Assembly: GCF_009834535.1 (NCBI RefSeq)
Contig: NC_045697.1
Span: 96,660,001 to 96,724,000, forward strand
DNA from: Camelus ferus
Taxonomy: Eukaryota
Direction of reading: 5' to 3'
DNA: 64,000 bases
This document shows, in pieces, positions 38,430 through 52,541 of this stretch. The stretch's first letter is position 1. Each line of letters starts with the position of its first letter. A model generated the notes under the pieces. That model saw only the letters and a list, made by a program, of their open reading frames with translations. It was not told the DNA's origin and did no database searches. The translations under genes were made by a program, and so were the position numbers.

Positions 38430-38900
38430 TGCATTATATACTATTTTCTGAGTTTATCTTAGTTTTTTTGTTTTTCTAATACTTTTTACCGGTTCATGTT
38501 TTTTCCTTTTGGCTTCCAATAATAGGTATGCTAGTCTGTTCTTTATATGCCTTCTATGTCTCTTTCTAATACTTTTCATTTCTTACTTTATTTCTGTTAG
38601 ATTTTCATTTCTTTTCTTACTTTTATTCCCTATGTCTCTTACTTTCTTTGCTTTTTCTTGTCTCTTTTCTCCCTTTTGCTACTTGTAAATTTGTCTGCTT
38701 TTCTGAAATTATTTTTTCTTCAATTTATTTCCTGATTTCTGTCAATTTGTACTTCACAGCCTTCCCCTTCCTCTCTTTGGTTTCCTGCGTATGTGCTCGT
38801 GTTTGCTTCAATTATAATCTCAGTTTATTGACATAGCCATTTTCCTTTCTTATTATTCATATTTAAATGAATAAATTTTTCCTGGTCCAGCTAATAGAAA
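38430..38900 (-). mobile_element. Ancient L1/HAL1 ORF1-region fragment
   Basis: T-rich antisense ORF1-like sequence (ccttttggcttccaataataggtatgctag). Confidence 0.4.
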
Positions 38901-39574
38901 GATCTGATGTAGAAGTGGTGAAGCGTAAGGGTAGTGTTTTCTAGTTTCTTCACTTAAAGGCTCTCTCTTCTCTTGGTACAAATTGAGTGGTTTCTTTACA
39001 ACAAAGTGTTGCCACCTTAATTCCTTTGCACAGCCCTTGCTTTATTTCCTTTACTCCTAGCACAATGCCCTGCCCTAGTCATTATCAGAAATCACAGCCG
39101 GTTTTCCCATGAGGTAGAGCCTCCTGCCTTCTGGGGTAAAATCCTCCTACTCCTTTACTGCTGTCATTTTCCCTGGGATCAACCACAGGCTTGATTCCTT
39201 GGCCTTCCCTATTCTTATTCAGCAACTGGTATAATCCTGCAAACATTTTGTTCTTATTCTGTATATTTTTCCCTATTATATACCAGGTATTTTGAGCTTG
39301 GCAGTTTTTAATCTGTCTTAGGTTCTGCTAAAGGTATAAAATATGGCAGGTTCCGATTATCCTTCTAAATGCTTTGTATGGTTATTATCAGAAAAATTGA
39401 AAAGATTTCATTCTAGGTTGAAATGCTATGCTCTTATTGTTGGTAATTTACTTTTTATAGGCAAAGTGTGTCATGTATGAAAAATGCCCAAACTCAATAA
39501 ACTGAAAATACAGAAAAGGTCTTTGAGAATTTTATTTTGTTTAATTCATGTATTGTTTTACTCATAAATTTATC

Positions 39575-39810
39575 TAACATTTACTGAGGGCTTGTGTGAG
39601 GTTTTATTTTTCCTATTATCTTTACTTGTACTACTCAGCTGCTTCTCCAAACAATTAATGATATAAATACTACTATTCATCCTACCTTTAGAGATGGGAA
39701 AACTTGGTCACAAAAAGCTCAATTAAGTTGTCCAATATCACCTAACTTTCAGATAGGAGAATCTATACCCAAGTGGTTAACTACAGACTGGGTATATTAA
39801 TTAGTATGTA
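39575..39810 (-). mobile_element. MIR SINE
   Basis: cctacctttagagatgggaaaacttggtcaca...aattaagttgtccaatatcac is the MIR core read antisense. Confidence 0.7.
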
Positions 39811-42110
39811 GAGAGCCAAGATAATGTAAAAAGAAAAAAAAAAATGGGTTTTCTGGTAAAAACAAAAAAAAAACAAAAAAAATTTATCTTTATATAAATT
39901 AGGTAATAAATTCTAAAATCTTCATGACTAGAAGGATTTTTTTTTAGAATTTAATGTTCAATAGACTTCGAATAATTAGTAAGGACCTTATATAAAAATC
40001 TCCTTAGTTCATGTATTTTCCTCCTCCAAAAAAGAAAAACAATTCATTTTTATAGAATTGTGTAATCATACTAAGAAGTAATACCAGTTATGCTCAGTTA
40101 GAGAAGATAGTTTCTAATATTGAATTTAATGCTTCAGATTTCTTAGTAACAATTCTTGTCTCTCCCCATAATATGGGAAATCATCGGTGTTATTTACACA
40201 TAAAACTTAAGGTAAGGAGTAGAAAAATGTTGTCTTTCATCATTATAATAATAAAAAAAATCTACTGTGAATTTCAACATATCTTTAACTATACTGAATC
40301 TGTGAGCTATCTAAGTCTAGATAACAGTTTCCACTTATATACACTTATCTAATTATTATTCTTGTAGTTTTTCCGAGAAACTTTCATATTTGAAATGAAT
40401 ATTTTTATAGGAAATAAAACTATACTTACTGTATACACAAAGTTGATTTTAGTTCCGATGTAACAAAAATGAGAAATTTATTTTTTGAAATGAGTAAATT
40501 CTTATGCAAGTTTTACTCTTGTCATCACATTAGAGATTTTGCATCAAGAAACTAGCTGAGTCTGAGAAAGTTCTGCTAAATGTTATCAGTAAATAATCAT
40601 AACAAGTAGTAATATCACTTGTAAATATTTCAAATTATGAAATTAATTTTCTTTAGTGTTACATTAAATGTATTTTCATATTCTTACCATTTTTTATTAG
40701 TCTGTTTTGTCTTAGAGCATTGTTTTTTAGCACAGAAACTTTTTCGTGTGTATAAATCTATATATTCTTCCACCACTGAAACTCTCACTTCTGCTGGGAA
40801 TTTAAAATGATATTCAGTAATTCAAAATAACTAATTATGTAACATGTATTACAACAGGAGTAGAATTAAACAGAAATTGAATGATGCACTAAATATTAAA
40901 TTGTTATATTTTACACTATTTCTTTTATCAAGAAAAGGAAGTGAACAATGGTAATATGAGCATTATATCACAGTAAAATAGTTTTGTTGAACTATATCAA
41001 TCTGTTCGTAATAATCTCCTCATATGGAAAATCAAATGTCAGCTTAAAACAACATTTATAATTGGCATTTCTTCCTCTGTCATTTGGTTTAATGATCCCT
41101 GAGTATTTGGATAATAAAGATAATATTGGAGCTGATTTCTTTGATTTGCTTTGATGTTTTCAAGGCAGGAAATGCTTTCAAATCATTTTCTGTGTATAAT
41201 CTGAATGCAGGTAAAGAATTCCTCAACTTGTCAGAATGCTAATTAAATGCAATAATAATTTGTGTAACCTGCTGTGATACTAAAGTGGCTAATGACAGTC
41301 ACTTGGGTTTCCAACCAGGAAGGGTTTGTTTTAATGCACATGTCTAATTTAAGAAGTTTACTGTTTTATTATCACATAATATTGTCATTTGCTTGAAATA
41401 ATGCAAAGCTAATAGCTGACTGATGATTCCTTAAGAATTTATGGCTTCTTGTAAAATCAACAGAGAATCTATTTCCAAAGAAAGAAATATCAAAATCAAG
41501 TAATAATTTTAAATTAATGGGGAAAATATTTCAGGCAACTCACAATAATTCCTAGCTTTTTTAAATTTATTATTCCATGATGTTTCACTGTAGGAAAGGC
41601 TCTAAATTTACAGATAAATGCTGGGCTTGCTACCTTAATATGTGAGTGTGGTCGCTCTAGAGGCAGTGCAGCGGCTACACAGCCACAATTTCGTGCTCCA
41701 AGAGAATTAATGGTGGAAAGTTACATGATGCTCAAATAGCTCCTTCCTTAGGAAAAAGGAAACTATCCAGAAAGTCACACACCTAACAAAATCTATTGGA
41801 ACCATGGGACTTGGATATTTTTATAAACCTATTTCCTTTTTTATAGAGCTTTAAAGAATCATCTTTGTTCAAAAAGAGGAATATTTTGTTTACTATAAAT
41901 GGATAGAACTTTTTTCACATTTTCACAAATGCCAGTGTTTTTTTAGTTCAGAAATTAATTTAAAATGTCATTATTAAATAAATTCCTGTATTATTTTGAA
42001 ATATTTATTTCATTATCAATGCCAAAGGTAATCAAGGCAATTACTCTTGAGGCACAAAGCAGATGTTACTGTAAGAATGTTCTGTCACTACCCCTTACTG
42101 GGGTGTGCCA

Positions 42111-42642
42111 TAGTGGCAGGCAGAGTTGCTAAAATGCCCTCCTTACGCGCCATGATGTCTCACCCTAATCCCTGGAATCTGTGTCTATAATGAGATGTCA
42201 CTTCTTTAATCATGTTATATGACACAATTGGCATTAAGATAGAGGACTAACCGAGTATGCTTGATCTAACTGAATGAGCCCTCAGAAGCAGAGACTTCTC
42301 TGGTAGCAGAAGGGGAAGAGACTCAAAATACAAGGTCTGATGTGTCGTACTGATAGCTTGAATGTGGAGAGAGCCAAACGCCAAAGCAAGAGGCAGCCTC
42401 CACCTTAAAGCAAGCAAGAAAACACGCACCTCCATCCTACAACCACAAGAAATGATTTCAGCCAACAATGGATGAGGTTGGTAGTGGATTACTCCCTACG
42501 TCCAACCAAAGAGACAGCCGGGTCTGTAAGCCAATTGAGTGACTCAAACTTCTCACCAACAGAACTGTGACATGGAAAATTGATTCGGTTTTCAGCTGCT
42601 AAGTTTGTGATCATTTCTCATGTAGCAATAGAAAACTACACA
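42111..42642 (+). mobile_element. MaLR solo LTR (MLT1D/E-like)
   Basis: ccctaatccctggaatctgtg; cctacaaccacaagaaatgatttcagccaacaa; end gctgctaagtttgtg...gcaatagaaaactacaca. Confidence 0.88.
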
Positions 42643-42873
42643 GAGACAAAGGTAAAAAAAAAAAAAAAATTAGCCTCACCCAGGGTTAAATGTGCTTTCT
42701 TTCTTATGCTGGAGAGAGTCTCTTTATCTAGCCTGGTAAGTAATCTTAGAAAAAGAATGCCTCTTCCTTATATCTTCCCAATACTAGGTAAATAGCTTAA
42801 ATATAACTGTTACAAATTAAAATTTGTTTTCCATTTAGAACACATGACCTATTTGGGCACAAATGTATGAAAA

Positions 42874-43390
42874 TGTTATGCCAGTCATTTCCCTGTTTGC
42901 TCTCAGATCCACCCCTGCTCCTCACGGGGTTGATACCTACAGATGATAATCCTCATGCTTCTGCACCTCCTGGTTTCAGTTAGGCGCAGTCAGTGGGTGG
43001 CCTGGTGGGTCCAGAGAGCAGGAAGAAGAGATAAACCAGGGCAACTCCTTTCCAGCCTCCAGTGATCATCTCCAGCACAGGCTCATATTTCAGCTTTTAC
43101 CTTACAGCTATCCCCTGCCCCATGTCCCAGCTCCTCCAGGTAGGCCTGGGAAAGGTCTCCAACCCATGGGTTCAGCTCCTGCCTGGTGTTTATAGCTCCT
43201 GGACCCTGGTAACCCCATCGTTTTCTCCAGCCCCTCCTACCCTAAGGGGGTTTCTGCAGTTGATTTCTAGTTGTCTCATATTCCCCTTTTTTCAGCTCTT
43301 TGTGTACCTCTGTAACTAGTTCCCTATATTACACTCACTGGAATTATCTAGTATAGATTCTGTTTTCCTGACATGAACCTGACTAATACC
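42874..43390 (+). mobile_element. ERVL 5' LTR (LTR33/41-like)
   Basis: ctcagatccacccctgc...ctgtaactagttccctatatta...ttctgttttcctgacatgaacctgactaatac, directly followed by internal sequence. Confidence 0.75.
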
Positions 43391-46300
43391 ATTGTTAGGA
43401 GAAGTGGTCTCAAGAAACAGATCTTTCATTAGAATTCTGGAATTGGATTCTACACCTATTTGAGCTACAACATAGTGGTGATTTCCCTACTGTCAGTCAG
43501 AAAAGGGATACTAAATACCCATGGCATAAGGTTACATCATTATTACTTAAACTATCACCAGTAGTGGTTATTTGAAATCAGGTCTTCTGGAAATAAAATT
43601 GCTGTTGCCCTTGATCATTGTGGTAGAAATGATGACTACAAAGTTCATAGTATGAAATGACCACTTCGGGCTATACTGGAAAAGAAAATGATAAAAATCT
43701 TGCTTTAAAGCTTTCAGCTCAAGACTTAGAATACCAGAGAGAAATCTTCTATTGTAACTATGAAACAGTATCTTATTTCTTACAGTCACAGGCCCCACAG
43801 GGCTAAGAATCAAACTCTAAATTTAATCATGCCAGGTGGGAAATAATAATGCAAATTGAATGAAAAGTTTTACTGAGTTTTTTTGTTTTTGTTTTTGTTT
43901 TTGTTTTTGTTTTTGTTTTTTAAAATAAAGGCTAGAACACTGAAGAGTGAGTTCCCAAGATTTGTAATGGAGACTTCTAATCGGAGTCAGAAGAATCTGA
44001 GAAACTTGAGCCCTTAACATTCCACTGAGCCTTCTGCTCACAGTGGAAGAAAGCCTCTTCCTTCTTTTACTGAGGAGACATCTCCCCCTTCTTAAAGACC
44101 CTGTAATAATCTCACTTTGCAATGGGTTATCTATTCTCCTTAAGACCCACCCTCATTATTCCCCTTTGCCCCCAGACCCATAACAGGACACACCCCAGCA
44201 TATCTCTGGGAAATAAGGCAAACTCTGAGCCAATATCAGAAGTCATATACACAAAAATAATTGTAAGATTTGATCATTTATTTTGGCAAGATCCTGGGGG
44301 ACGTTAATAGAAATAAATTTAAATGTGACAGGCACTCTGTAACATGGATTCAATCAAATTTATCCATATGTATATATTTTCTTAAGACTTTTATTTCAAT
44401 GTGCTAATTTCCAGCAGTTGGAAGTGGCTCTGACACTGATTAATTTACCAAAAGCTATACACAAAAGTGGACCACGTTCAATAGAGTGAGATGCCAGAAA
44501 GTCCCTGGCAGGAGGAGGAAGAAGAAATCCAAACATTTAGGAGCTGTAAATGTTAGAATAGATTTATGATGTGAGTAACACAAGCTATATCAGGAAGATC
44601 CAAACTACAGTTCCTTTACCAAAGCATCATTAACTACCTTAAAGAGGGAAACACCAGCATCTGTGAAAAATCTCTGGGGTGGTTTTCCTTTGAAAACCAA
44701 GGTTAACATTGGAAAACACCTCCATTGAAATGAACTCATTGATTTCCATGGGACTAATGGGATCCTGAGGTGACAAAGTCTGGGTAGTAAAATTTAATCA
44801 TCAGAATAAAATGGGCAGCTGGGGTGGATTGACAAATAAGATATTTTGACTTTGACACTCAAGTATCTTCAATGGTGGCTAATTGATTACTGGACCCACA
44901 GATATAAAAGAGTTTTTAGGCTAGTAAAATATTATTTAAAAGTGCAGACTTACTCAATTCCAAGACACACTTCACAATCGGAGCCTCTTGCCTGAGGAGA
45001 AGATTGGATTCCTTTGAATAAATACCCTTCAACAATGCCACAAGTATATACCATAAGTCACCCTACAAGCCTCCTTCGCAAGTGGAACTTGAGGCCACTT
45101 ACCAGGGTGATTGTGCTCTGAGGAAAGGAAAATACTGCAATTTTCCAGTGACTATTAGGTAGTGTTAATGTTTTGAAGATGATCTCTGGAGATCCAATTC
45201 ACCACTGTGGCCCTTGGATAAGGGATGGGGATTATGAGTCAGGTGCTAAATAAAGTTTTTTTTAGGTTTTTCATGCACTGAAGTCAATGTACCTGTGATT
45301 TCACCTTGAATATATTTCCCCAGTTTCAGAATACATAATTGTAATATATACTTGGCAACTGGCAGAATCCCTGCATAGGCTACTGACCCATGTAGTATAG
45401 GTTATTATAATGAGAATGGACAAATGAGAGCTTTATGACTGCTCTGACATCCAAATTTTAAAAAACAGAAACAATACCCCATCTGTGATCCCTGAGGGAA
45501 TTGAAAAGATAAGTGTCACCCTCAAATACTTGAACGATATAGGGGGTGGTGATTCCTACCACATGGCTATTTTCCTTGAATGTTTTCCTTGGAAAAAATC
45601 AGAAGTTCTTGAAGAATGATTGTAGATTTTCATAATTGTCATCAGATGATAACTGAGCTGCATTTCCCAAACCAGACATTTTGGAGCTAACCTCTGTATA
45701 CTGTGTTATCTGATATGCAGCTATTGATCTGGAAACTGCTAAACCTTCATACTAATTTACAAGAAAAATAAGGAGTTTACCTTTACCTGGCAGTGTGGCA
45801 GTATAACTCACTGTCTTAGCTAAGCTCTATGGCAACCTTGAGCCATCTCTTATAATACAATACCCAGGGACATGGATAGTATTGAATTCTACAGAGCATC
45901 ATTCTGGCTCACCTTGATGATATCAAGCTTAATCATGTAGAGGGAAAAAAAAAAGTAGCAGTACTTTAGACGGTTGGTAGGTACAAATATCCATGACAGA
46001 ATATGAGTGATAAACTGGAAAATCAGGGCCTGCCACAAAATAAGGAAATGACGATGCCTAGCTCCAGATTTTGGAGCAAAACTGTGCAACTCCTCACACT
46101 GGGTTGACTTCCTATTTGTCTACTTGATACGTACTCTTCCTGGAAGAAATGATGGCCTGTGGTACAGATGTACCCTGACTTGTAGCAATTAAGAGTTTAG
46201 AAAGAAAATATTTAAATACTTAGGACAACGATGCATGAGGGAGAAGAATACAGACAGACTTAACATGTGCATGGATTGTGAGAATTTTCTGTTCTGTATA

Positions 46301-46620
46301 TATATACTCACAAAAGTTCTCCCACTTGAGAGGAGTCTCTCAATAATCATATGGGTAAGATGGCCCATTCTACATATGAATTTATCTTTCTTGCTCATAG
46401 AACTCCTGCCAGTATTAATATTCTTAGGTTCTTATTCACCATTGTGTTTGATATCATATAGATGGTTACTTCTCACTAAGGAGCTTGTTTTACTGCAAAA
46501 GAATGCAAAAATGGCTTTGTAATTATGGGTCTTCATGCTCTCACTATATACCCCATTATCCAGAAGCAGCTCCCCAGTAAAGCTATGGAATGATTTACCA
46601 ATGACTCACTTATGGAAGAT
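43391..46620 (+). mobile_element. Decayed ERVL internal region: gag, protease, RT, partial RNase H and integrase remnants
   Basis: Degenerate ERVL pol motifs in order: atgattgtagattttcat (RMTVDY), tatgcagctattgatctggaaactgct (YAAIDLANA), tttacctggcag (FTWQ), caccttgatgatatc (HxDDI), cagggcctgccaca (QGPAT), ctcaataatcatatgggtaagatg (LNNQVDKM), ccccattatccagaagcagct (PHHPEAA). Multiple stops and frameshifts. Confidence 0.85.
43878..43921. repeat. (TTTTTG)n microsatellite
   Basis: Directly visible. Confidence 0.95.
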
Positions 46621-48149
46621 AGTTGACAGAAAATATCGAGTAGCATTAGTTTATTCTGCTCTAGTTGGGCAGGCAAAGATCTTGGATAGAAACCCAAAGC
46701 AGCCTCAGTTGATATAGTATATTCTTGGAGAACACACTCACACTGGGGTTGTTTGCATAAAGTTGTGGAGAGATCTGAGAGTACCAGAGTTAAGACAGAG
46801 GCTAAGATTCAGAAAGTCAGACACCTGTTGGCCAGAGGGACAAAAGAGGGCTGGATACAAAACTGAGAGCCTTCTAACGTTCTGTTACTTTCACATAATT
46901 AAAAAATAGTATCAACTCTAAAGCTGGCATAAATAAGTCAAGCAAGTTCTTTTCATAGTAAATAACTCCTACTTATTTTTTAAATTATGTTTTTATTCAA
47001 AAATAGGATTTTTCATTTGGTATGTGTTGTGGTTCATGCAAGAGCTCAATGAAGCACTGGAAAGACCCTATTTTACAAGATAACCAGAGCACCAAAGTTC
47101 CTCCCCTTCATAAGTAATCCCAGAATTTGCCATATTAAGTTGAAAGAGGTAGTCTGTTTCGCATAGCAATGACTTTACTGCCCAATTCTAGTGAACAGAG
47201 ACCACACAGAATCTTCCTAGTACCTTCTGGGCAGCCTGGGAGATTCTGCCACTAGGTTCTGTGTCTTCACACTTTTAAAGATTCTCCTATGCTCTATATA
47301 AGAGGGCTCCTAAATGGTGTCTTTATGATCTAAAAGTTTTACACTTTCCTTCCATCAAGAAATCTACTTATTTCCTCCTGAAATGCCCTTAAAAGGTTCT
47401 GGATAAAACACTCTCAGAGTAAAGAGAATGGTCTTTGTTTTTCCTTTCAGAGTGAAACACCTGCTCCTTGGAATGGCCTTCTGCCTCCATTTAACAAAGT
47501 GTCAAATGTCAACGGTCTCATGCTGAGTTACATGTGCCTCAGTCCTTTGAAGAGGCTAAGAAAACATCCCCAGTGGTAGGACACCACTACCAGTCAGAGC
47601 TGCCCTAACTGTTTTCAATTTACTGGTAAAATTCTTGAACAAAAACATTTTTAAAAGAGTTATTTAATAGTACTCTAATGCAAATGTTTAATGTCTGCCA
47701 GGGAAAAAGCTAAGCACTTCTTTCTTTTAATATGGAGAACAAATGTATGAGGCTGATATTATTAATGAATTCTTTTGTAGGTGAGGGTATAAAGAATAAG
47801 AAAAGTAAATTAAATTACAAAACTTGGAACTAGTAGATCCAGGATTCTCTCTGATGTCTGTTTCTAGGTTACAGCATTATGGATTAAATTTTATAGTAAA
47901 ATTCATTTTTATTGATATATTTTGTTTCTAAATTTTCTTTTATAAGAAAGAAACATTTTTTATGGAAAATTTTGATAATTTTTTTATGATGTCAAAAACC
48001 TGAACAAAAAAATTCAATTCAGTTATTGAAGTATATATCTCTCTGCTTGGTATTAAGTGCACACAGAATCAGACCATTAGTATTGCTGGGTAAAGCAGGG
48101 GTTTGTTGGTGTCATGAGACAACAGCTAGTGGAGGGACTATGACAAACT

Positions 48150-48378
48150 GTCAAGTACATGACTCATTTAACTGACCAAGTGACAATTTGACTCTAGCTA
48201 ATTTTGGTCATGCTAAAATCCAGTGCCTGTTGTCAATATTCTGATTTTTTTCATTAAGAAAAGTTCCTATTTCTGGATTTTATTGGTCAACTAATTCGAG
48301 AACCTTTGATAACACTGCGCTGACCAAAGTATGTCCACTGCCCAAATACCAGATAAAAGCGAGCTTTTTAACCTTCTT
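48150..48378 (-). mobile_element. hAT-Charlie fossil (MER102-like)
   Basis: gttgtcaatattctgattttt...tctggattttatt ggtcaactaattc...aacactgcgctgaccaaa. Confidence 0.5.
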
Positions 48379-48553
48379 GAGGATAATTACTAAAGTTTTA
48401 ATTCATTTTAATTTTTATTATTTCACATATATACACTTATCATTGTACACATTGTCCTATGATGATACAGTTAGTCTTAATATCTAAACATTAATCCTTA
48501 TAAGTAGGGCATAAGCAGAAATGAAAGCAAACAAATTAAAATTAACCTATCCT

Positions 48554-51500
48554 GAAGTCTGGGGTCTAAGATGGCAGCAAAGGAAGATCTTGAGCCCATC
48601 TTTTCCCATGGACACACTGAATCTATACCTACATATACAACAATACCTCCTGAAGAGGTCTGAGGGCTGATTGAACAGCTTCTGCACATAGAGGGACCAC
48701 ATATAAACAAGTAGAAAAGACAGAGGCATGGTATCCACAGGAATCTCACTCCCAAAGCAGAGCCCTACTGTAGAGAGGAATACCACTGAGGGCCAGAGAA
48801 GAGACTCCACTTTCTTGGGACACAATGAAAAAAACAGTGGTTTAAAGGACTGTTAGACTGTCAAGAAAGAAATCCAATTACCAACTTTAGATTGTCCACC
48901 AGATGAGTGGAGAACTGCTGGAAATCTCTCAGGGCTTAGAGATGGCAGTGAGTGCCATTGTTTGAGCCTCTCTGAGACTTGCACCCACTCCAGTTCCAGC
49001 TGACCCATCAAAGTGGTCTTGGGCACAGCCTGCCCCAGGAGTCCTTCTGGCTCAAGTCAGATCCAGCTCCAGCCATCCCACCAAGGCAGCCCCAGCAAGG
49101 AGCACCCAGAGATACCAACACCTTGCCTACTATAACTCCATCCATCCCACCAAGGTGGCCCTGGTGAGGAGCACTTCAGAACTCCCTCGTCTGGCACCCA
49201 CTCCAGCTCCAGCTGGCCTGCCAATGCTGCCTAGTGCATGAAGTTGACACAGGGAATCCTAACACACAACAACACTCCTTCAAGACCAGGAGAGGTAGTT
49301 GTTTTGCCTAATTCATAGAGACAAACATAGAAAGTCAAACAAAATGAGAAGAGAGAGGAATATGTTCCAAATGAAGAGTAAGGTAAAATACCAGGGAAAA
49401 ACCTAATGAAATGGACATAAGTAATTTACCTGGTAAAAAATTCAAAACAATGGTAATAAACTTGTTCACTGAACTTGGTGGAAGAATGGATAAACTCAGT
49501 AAGAACTTCAATAAACAGAAAATGTAAGAAAGAACCAATCAGAGCTGAAGAATACAATAACTGACATAAAAAACACTAAAGGAAATAAACAGCAGATTAA
49601 ATCATACAGAAGAACAGATAAGTTATCTGGGAAATAGAATAGTGGAAATCACTCAATCAGAATAGCAAAAAGAATTTTTCAAAAATGAGGATAGTTTAAC
49701 GGACCTCTAGTTCAACATCAATCATACCAACATTCTCATTACAAGGATCCCAGAAGGAGAAGAGAGAAAAGGACAGAAAAATTATTTGAAGAAATAATTG
49801 CTGAAAACTTCCCTAACCTGGAAAAGAAAACAGAGTTAGATACAGGAAGCACATAGAGGACCAAACAAGATGAACCCAAAGAGATATACACCAAGACATA
49901 TTCTAATTAAAATGTCATGAGTTAAAGATAAAGAGAGAATCTAAAAGGCAAAAAGAGAAAAACAACTAATCACATACAATAAAAACCCTATAAGTCTATC
50001 CACTGATGTTTCAGCAGAAACTTTACAAGCCAGAAGGGAGTAGAAGGATATATTTAAAGCGTTGAAGGAAAAAAAAAATTACAACATAGAATACTCTATA
50101 TGGCTACGTTACTATTCAGAACCAAAGATGAGATAAAGAATTTCCCAGACAGGCAAAAACTAAAGGAGTTCATCATCACTAAACAGGTTTTACAAGAAAT
50201 GTTAAAGGGTTTTCCTTCAGTAAAAAAGAAAAGACCACAGCTGAAAATAAGAATATATATGGAAATAAAAATCTTTCTGATAAAGGCAAATATACAGTAA
50301 AAGCAGTAGATCAGCCATATACGACAAATTCACAGCTAAAAATCATAACTTAGTGAAAAGCTAAAAGCTTTTCTTCTAAGATCAGGAATAAAACAACACT
50401 CTCACCACTTTTATTCAACATAGTACGAAAAATCCTTACCACAACAATTAGGCATACAAAAAATGATTAAACGAGATTCAACGTGGAATGGAAGAAGTAA
50501 AACTGTCATTGTTTGCAAATGATATAATACTATATAGAAACTCTCCAAAGATTCCACCATATAACTATTTAGAACTAAAAAATAAATTCAGTAAACTTAC
50601 AGGATACAAAATCTATATACAGTAATCTGTTGCATTTCTATATACTGTTTACATACTATCAGAAAGAGACATTAAGAAAACCATTTACGACTGCATAAAA
50701 CCCCAAAATAAACAGAAATAAATTTAACTAAGGAGGTGAAAAATGTGTACTTGGAAAACTATAAGACATTGAGGAAAGAAACTGAAGATGACACAATAAA
50801 TGAAAAGATAGACTTTGCTAACAGATTAGAAGAATCAATGTCATTAAAATTTCCATAATATACAAAGCAATTTATAGATCCAATGTAACCCCTCTCAAAA
50901 TATCCATGACATTTTTCACAGAACTAGAACAAGTAATACTAAAATCTGTATGAAAACACAAAAGATCCCAAATAGCCAAACCAACGTTGAGAAAGAATAA
51001 CACAGAAAGCTTGAGAAATCATGCTCCCAGACTTAAAACAATATTAGTAATCAGAATAGTACGGTACTGGCACAAAAACAGACATATAGATCAACGGAAC
51101 AGAATAGAGGTCCCAGAAATAAATCCATGCTCATATAGTCAATTAATCTACAACAAAAGAGGCAAGAATATACAATAGAGAAAAAGTCTCATCAATAAAT
51201 GGTGTTGGGAAAACTATACAGCTATATGCAAAAGAATTAAACTGGGCCATTTTCTTACACCGTATATAAAAATAAAGTCAAATGGAGTAAAGACTTGAAG
51301 GTAAGACCCGAAACCATAAAATTAGAAGAATACATAGGCAGTATGTTCTTTGACATAAGTCTTAGCAGTACTTATTTTGGATATATCTCTTCAGGTGAGG
51401 ACAACAAAAACAAAAATAAACAAATGGGACTACATCAAATTGAAAAGTTTTCGCACAGTGAAGGAAACAACCAACAAAATGAAAAGGTAACCCAAAGAAT

Positions 51501-52541
51501 GAGAGAAGATATTTGCAAATGATATATCAAGTAAGGGGTTGATACCCAAAAACTATAAAGAACTCATTCAATTCAATATTAAAAAAGAAAGAACTTGATT
51601 GATGGACAGAGGAACTAAATAGACATTTTTCCAAAGAAGACACACAGATGGCCAACAGCACATGAAGAGATGCCCACCATCACCAATCATTAGAGAAAAG
51701 TAAATCTCTATGGGAAACCACCTCTCACCTGCCAGAATGGCTATTATCAGAAAGCTAAGAAACAAGTTCTGTGAAGGATGTGGAGAAAAAGGAACCCTAG
51801 TGCACTGTTAGTGGAAACAAAACTTGGTGCAGCCACTATGGAAAACAGTATGGAGGATCCTCAAAAAACTAAAAACAGAAATACCATACAATTCAGAAAT
51901 TCCACTTCTGGGTATTTATCTGAAGATAAGAAAAACACTAATTCAAAAAGATATATATACCCTTATGTTCACTGTAGCACTATATACAATAACCAAATTA
52001 TGGAAGCAACCTAAGTGCCCACTGATAGATGAATGGATAAAGAAGATGTGCTGTTTATGTACAATGGATTATTACTCAGCCAAAAAAAAAAAAAATCAAA
52101 TCTTCCATTGGTGGCAACATGGATGGACCTGGACAGTATTATGCTATGTGAAATAAGTCAGAGAAATATAAATACTGAATGAGTTCACTTCTATGTGGAA
52201 TCTAAAAAACAAAACAAATGAACAAACAAAACAGATCAGAAACAGACTCATAGATACAGAGAACAAACTGGTAGTTGTCAGAAGTCAGGGGGGCAAGCAA
52301 AATAGGTGAAGGAGATTAAGCAGTACAAATTTCCAGCTAAAAAATACTGTATATCCCATGATGTAATGTACAGTATTAGGAATATAGTCAATTATATTGT
52401 AATAACTTTGTATGGTGACAGATGGCAAGTAGACTTACTGTGATGGTTATTTCATAATGTATAAAAATAATGAATCACTATGTTGTACACCTGAAACTAA
52501 TATAATATTATATACTAATTATATTTCAATTAAAAATAAGT
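48554..52541 (+). mobile_element. Internally deleted L1 (5'UTR, ORF1, 3' half of ORF2, 3'UTR), about 4.0 kb; element B
   Basis: 5' end ctaagatggcagc. ORF1 remnant at about 49340-50250, junction at about 50314-50317. TSD aaaattaacctatcct (48538-48553) / aaaatcaacctatcct (52542-52557) at a TT/AAAA site. Confidence 0.94.

Noticed and set aside
46650..46880. 3' LTR of the ERVL provirus
   Set aside because: There is no visible similarity to the 5' LTR (42874-43390) in the same orientation, so its identity is unresolved.
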